A DNA stretch of 64,000 nt, from assembly GCA_013239625.1 (NCBI GenBank), contig MU056558.1:2160553-2224552 (forward strand), written 5' to 3'. The notes below the pieces were generated by a model, which saw only the letters and a program-made list of their open reading frames with translations, did not search any database and had not been told where the DNA came from. The translations under genes were made by a program, and so were the position numbers. The DNA comes from Lama guanicoe. Lineage: Eukaryota. Positions 61,320-64,000 of this stretch are shown here, piece by piece; positions within the stretch are counted from its first letter, which is position 1, and each line of letters opens with the position of its first letter.

Positions 61320-61800
61320 TACTCAGTTTACAAATATTTATTTCATACCAACTATGTGCTAAGCTGTGGGGATTCAGCAACAAACAAACAGTCCCTGCCC
61401 ACATGGAGCTTACACATTAGAGCCAGGGAGACAGACATTTAGTATTCACACAGTTTTCTATTGACCATTTTCACAGCTATTACAAGAAGTACAGATGCTG
61501 GGAGAGATTGTAAGAAGGGAATCACACCTGGTCTGTGGGTTAGGGAAGCCCTTATAAAATGAGTAGGATTTGCCTCGGTGGTGCAGCTGAAGTGAATGTG
61601 CCAGTCGGAGGGAATGTCTTAGCCAACGGTCTTGAGATGGCAGAATTTAAGGCCAGAGTGGCTGATGCACAGTGCCCCAGAGGAAACTGATTAAATAGGC
61701 AAGAAGGGTTCTGATTTTCACCCTAAGAGAGATGGGAAGCCTCTGAAGGACTCCCTCTCACTGTAAGCAAATGAGGAGAGCCTGGTAGAGGCTGCCTCTA
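61320..61800 (-). mobile_element. L2 LINE 3' remnant
   Basis: acaaatatttatt...actatgtgcta...gtccctgcccacatggagcttaca...gggagacagaca. Confidence 0.75.
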
Positions 61801-62055
61801 GATCGAGAAGATTCACCATGTTGTTTCTTGCAAGACACAGGGACCCAAGCCCCTATAATCAAAGAAAAACTTCCTGCATAGATCTCTGCCTCACTGATAC
61901 CCAATACATATTCTACAAATCCAAAGAATATGTAAACAAGTAGTACATTAAAATCCCCTCCAAAGGACTTGAGAAGTAGATCTCCTGTTGTTTGAACAGG
62001 TTTGTTACTTGAGAGCTACTATGATTAACTACTTAGTTATCTAACAGGTATGCAC

Positions 62056-62268
62056 TCTAGTGTCAGGCTGTTCTAGTTCACAGCTCCACCTCTTACTGGT
62101 TGTGTGACCTCAGGCAAATTACTTAACCTCTCAGTCATCTGCAAATGGGGATAACAACAGTACCCACCCCATAGGATTCTTCTAGGATTAAAGAAGTTGA
62201 TTTACATAGGCCCCTAGAACAGTGCTTGCCTGGTACATGGTAGGAGCACAAGAGTATTAGCTATTATG
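62056..62268 (+). mobile_element. MIR SINE, near full length
   Basis: cttactggttgtgtgacctcaggcaaattacttaacctctc...catctgcaaatggggataacaacagtacc...tagaacagtgc...cctggtacat. Confidence 0.85.
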
Positions 62269-62784
62269 ACCACGATGCTCATACATGAATTATAAACAAA
62301 TTATATCCATAGAATTATGGTACACTATAATACACTTTAAAACTAGGTCATGCTGAGCTTAATACTGCTTTGACGATTCAGGCACTGATATACACACAAT
62401 ACTCAAGATGTTGACGTTGACTCTGTAAGGGTATCTCAAAAGGTGTTTTTTAGAACAGTTCCCTTACTTACCACCTCTTATCATTTCATTTCTTTCCACA
62501 GAGTGGTGAAAAAGTTTAGTAATTTGAAATCTCTTATTGTTTGAAAACCAGATCAACAGAAGTTTGCTATGCAAACAAGTATTTATCTTAAATGTGTCGT
62601 AAATACTTATGATTTGGAAAGCTTCTGAAAAGTTAATATATCAAATTAACTACCTTTAACAGATCTGGACCACAATTATAATATTTTGAGAATGGAGATA
62701 ATGTTTGTCACAGGTTTGAGTCTCAGCAGATACTTATTATGGTATATCAGCAATAACGTGACAGTGATTGGCAATCATTCCACA

Positions 62785-63140
62785 CTGGTTAGGGCTCTTT
62801 TGATAGGAAGTAACTGAAAACTATAGCTGACTAGGCTTAGCGTAATGAAGGATTTGGTCAAAGATTTTAGGGCATTATTCTTTCTTCACACGGCCACCAA
62901 GAGCCTCAATGTTCACAGCTTCAGTCACTAAAGAAAGGCTCACTCTTCTTTAAAGTTCCTGTTATGAAAAGTCCTAGGCAAGGACTCGGGCTGGTCCAGC
63001 TAGGTCAAGGGTTCTTCCCTGGAATGAACAAAAGGCTAGGAGAAGGTCATGATGTACTAACCTGGCAGCTATGGAGGGGATGGCAGAAACACTTCCCAGG
63101 GGAAAAGGGATACTGAGCAGACAAAGCCATCAATATCCAC
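62785..63140. mobile_element. MaLR solo LTR (old MLT1-like)
   Basis: ggttagggctcttttgataggaagtaactgaaaac...ggcttagc...gggctggtccagctaggtca...gatactgagcagacaaa. Confidence 0.55.
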
Positions 63141-63864
63141 TTCAAATGCCAGCTCACACTGTGGTCACTCTGATGGAGACTTAGTCACTCTGGTTGACTG
63201 ATAATGTTCTGTTCCATATGATGTGATCCCCATCCTTGAGGGCAAAATTTCAACCTCCAATTTCACTTTTGAAGCACTATTGGGAATGATGACAGCAAAG
63301 ATGCTAAATGGTTGTCTTAAAACGTCCTCAGATTTCATAAGCATGTCCTATGCATGAAAGAGAAAAACCTGCCCACAGTTTAAACTTGAACAGTTAGCAA
63401 AGAGTGTGACTGTCCATTATAAAGCACTTTTCCACGTGTCAGATTTCATTATCTCGTGAGTTAAGACATGTCATCCATGTGTTTAAGAATAGTACATGTC
63501 ATCTGTGCACACAATAGGTGTGTAGCTTGTGAGCACATGAAGACAGGTGCAGGATGTCTGCACACATGAGGAGCATGCATGTATCTGCACACATAAGATA
63601 TCTACATATCAGGACAGGTCATTTGTATCTACTTGTGGGTGCAGGAGGGTCTTATTGTTATGTCTTCACCCCACTGAATAAGCACTGATTGCCTGTTACA
63701 TAATTATTATAATGCAAATTATTCCAGTGCCTATGAAGCAGAAAACTGAAGATAAATGGAGGGTTCTTTTGGTTTGTTTACTTGTGATGTATGTCACACC
63801 AGTCTCCATCGTAGCAATGTGATGGGTTTTGGAGACAGAACAGGGTGATGCTGGCTAGCATTTA

Positions 63865-63995
63865 CCTAACTAAACCTCTGTTCCTCATCTGTAGAGAAAG
63901 TTAACAGTCAATCCCTCACAGAGTTGTTATGAGTAAGTAAACTGACATGAAAAGAAGTTAGCATAGTGCCTGGCACATAAAAGGCACAAAATAAT
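63865..63995 (+). mobile_element. MIR SINE, 3' part
   Basis: cctctgttcctcatctgta...cctcacagagttgttatgag...tagtgcctggcacata. Confidence 0.75.
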
Positions 63996-64000
63996 CTATC

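Overview
Mammalian genomic DNA, probably a camelid (one Vic-1-like tRNA-derived SINE; no Alu, Bov-tA or PRE-1 recognised). It is the conserved PEPD-CEBPG tail-to-tail locus. The + strand carries the last six coding exons of PEPD (prolidase; exons 10-15 by human numbering, 23478-46982, poly(A) signal at 47363). All splice sites are GT-AG, the phases join into one intact frame, and the metal-binding and catalytic residues are present. Bases 1-23477 lie inside the long upstream PEPD intron. The - strand carries the whole CEBPG gene: CpG-island promoter and non-coding exon 1 (about 59940-59754), a 5.85 kb intron, and exon 2 with a 148-aa bZIP CDS (53804-53358) and a 3' UTR of about 3 kb ending near 50370. 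The rest is ancient repeats (MIR, L2, L1M, MLT1, MER5A), microsatellites and several AT-rich non-repeat islands that look like enhancers. Nearly all six-frame ORFs are GC-rich noise. I found no new gene or exotic system. The best leads are regulatory and centre on CEBPG: an AUG-UGA start-stop element, a 55-codon open in-frame leader with a CUG in strong context ahead of a weak main AUG, and an exact C/EBP-ATF response element in intron 1. Repeat boundaries are approximate and family calls come from remembered consensus sequences.
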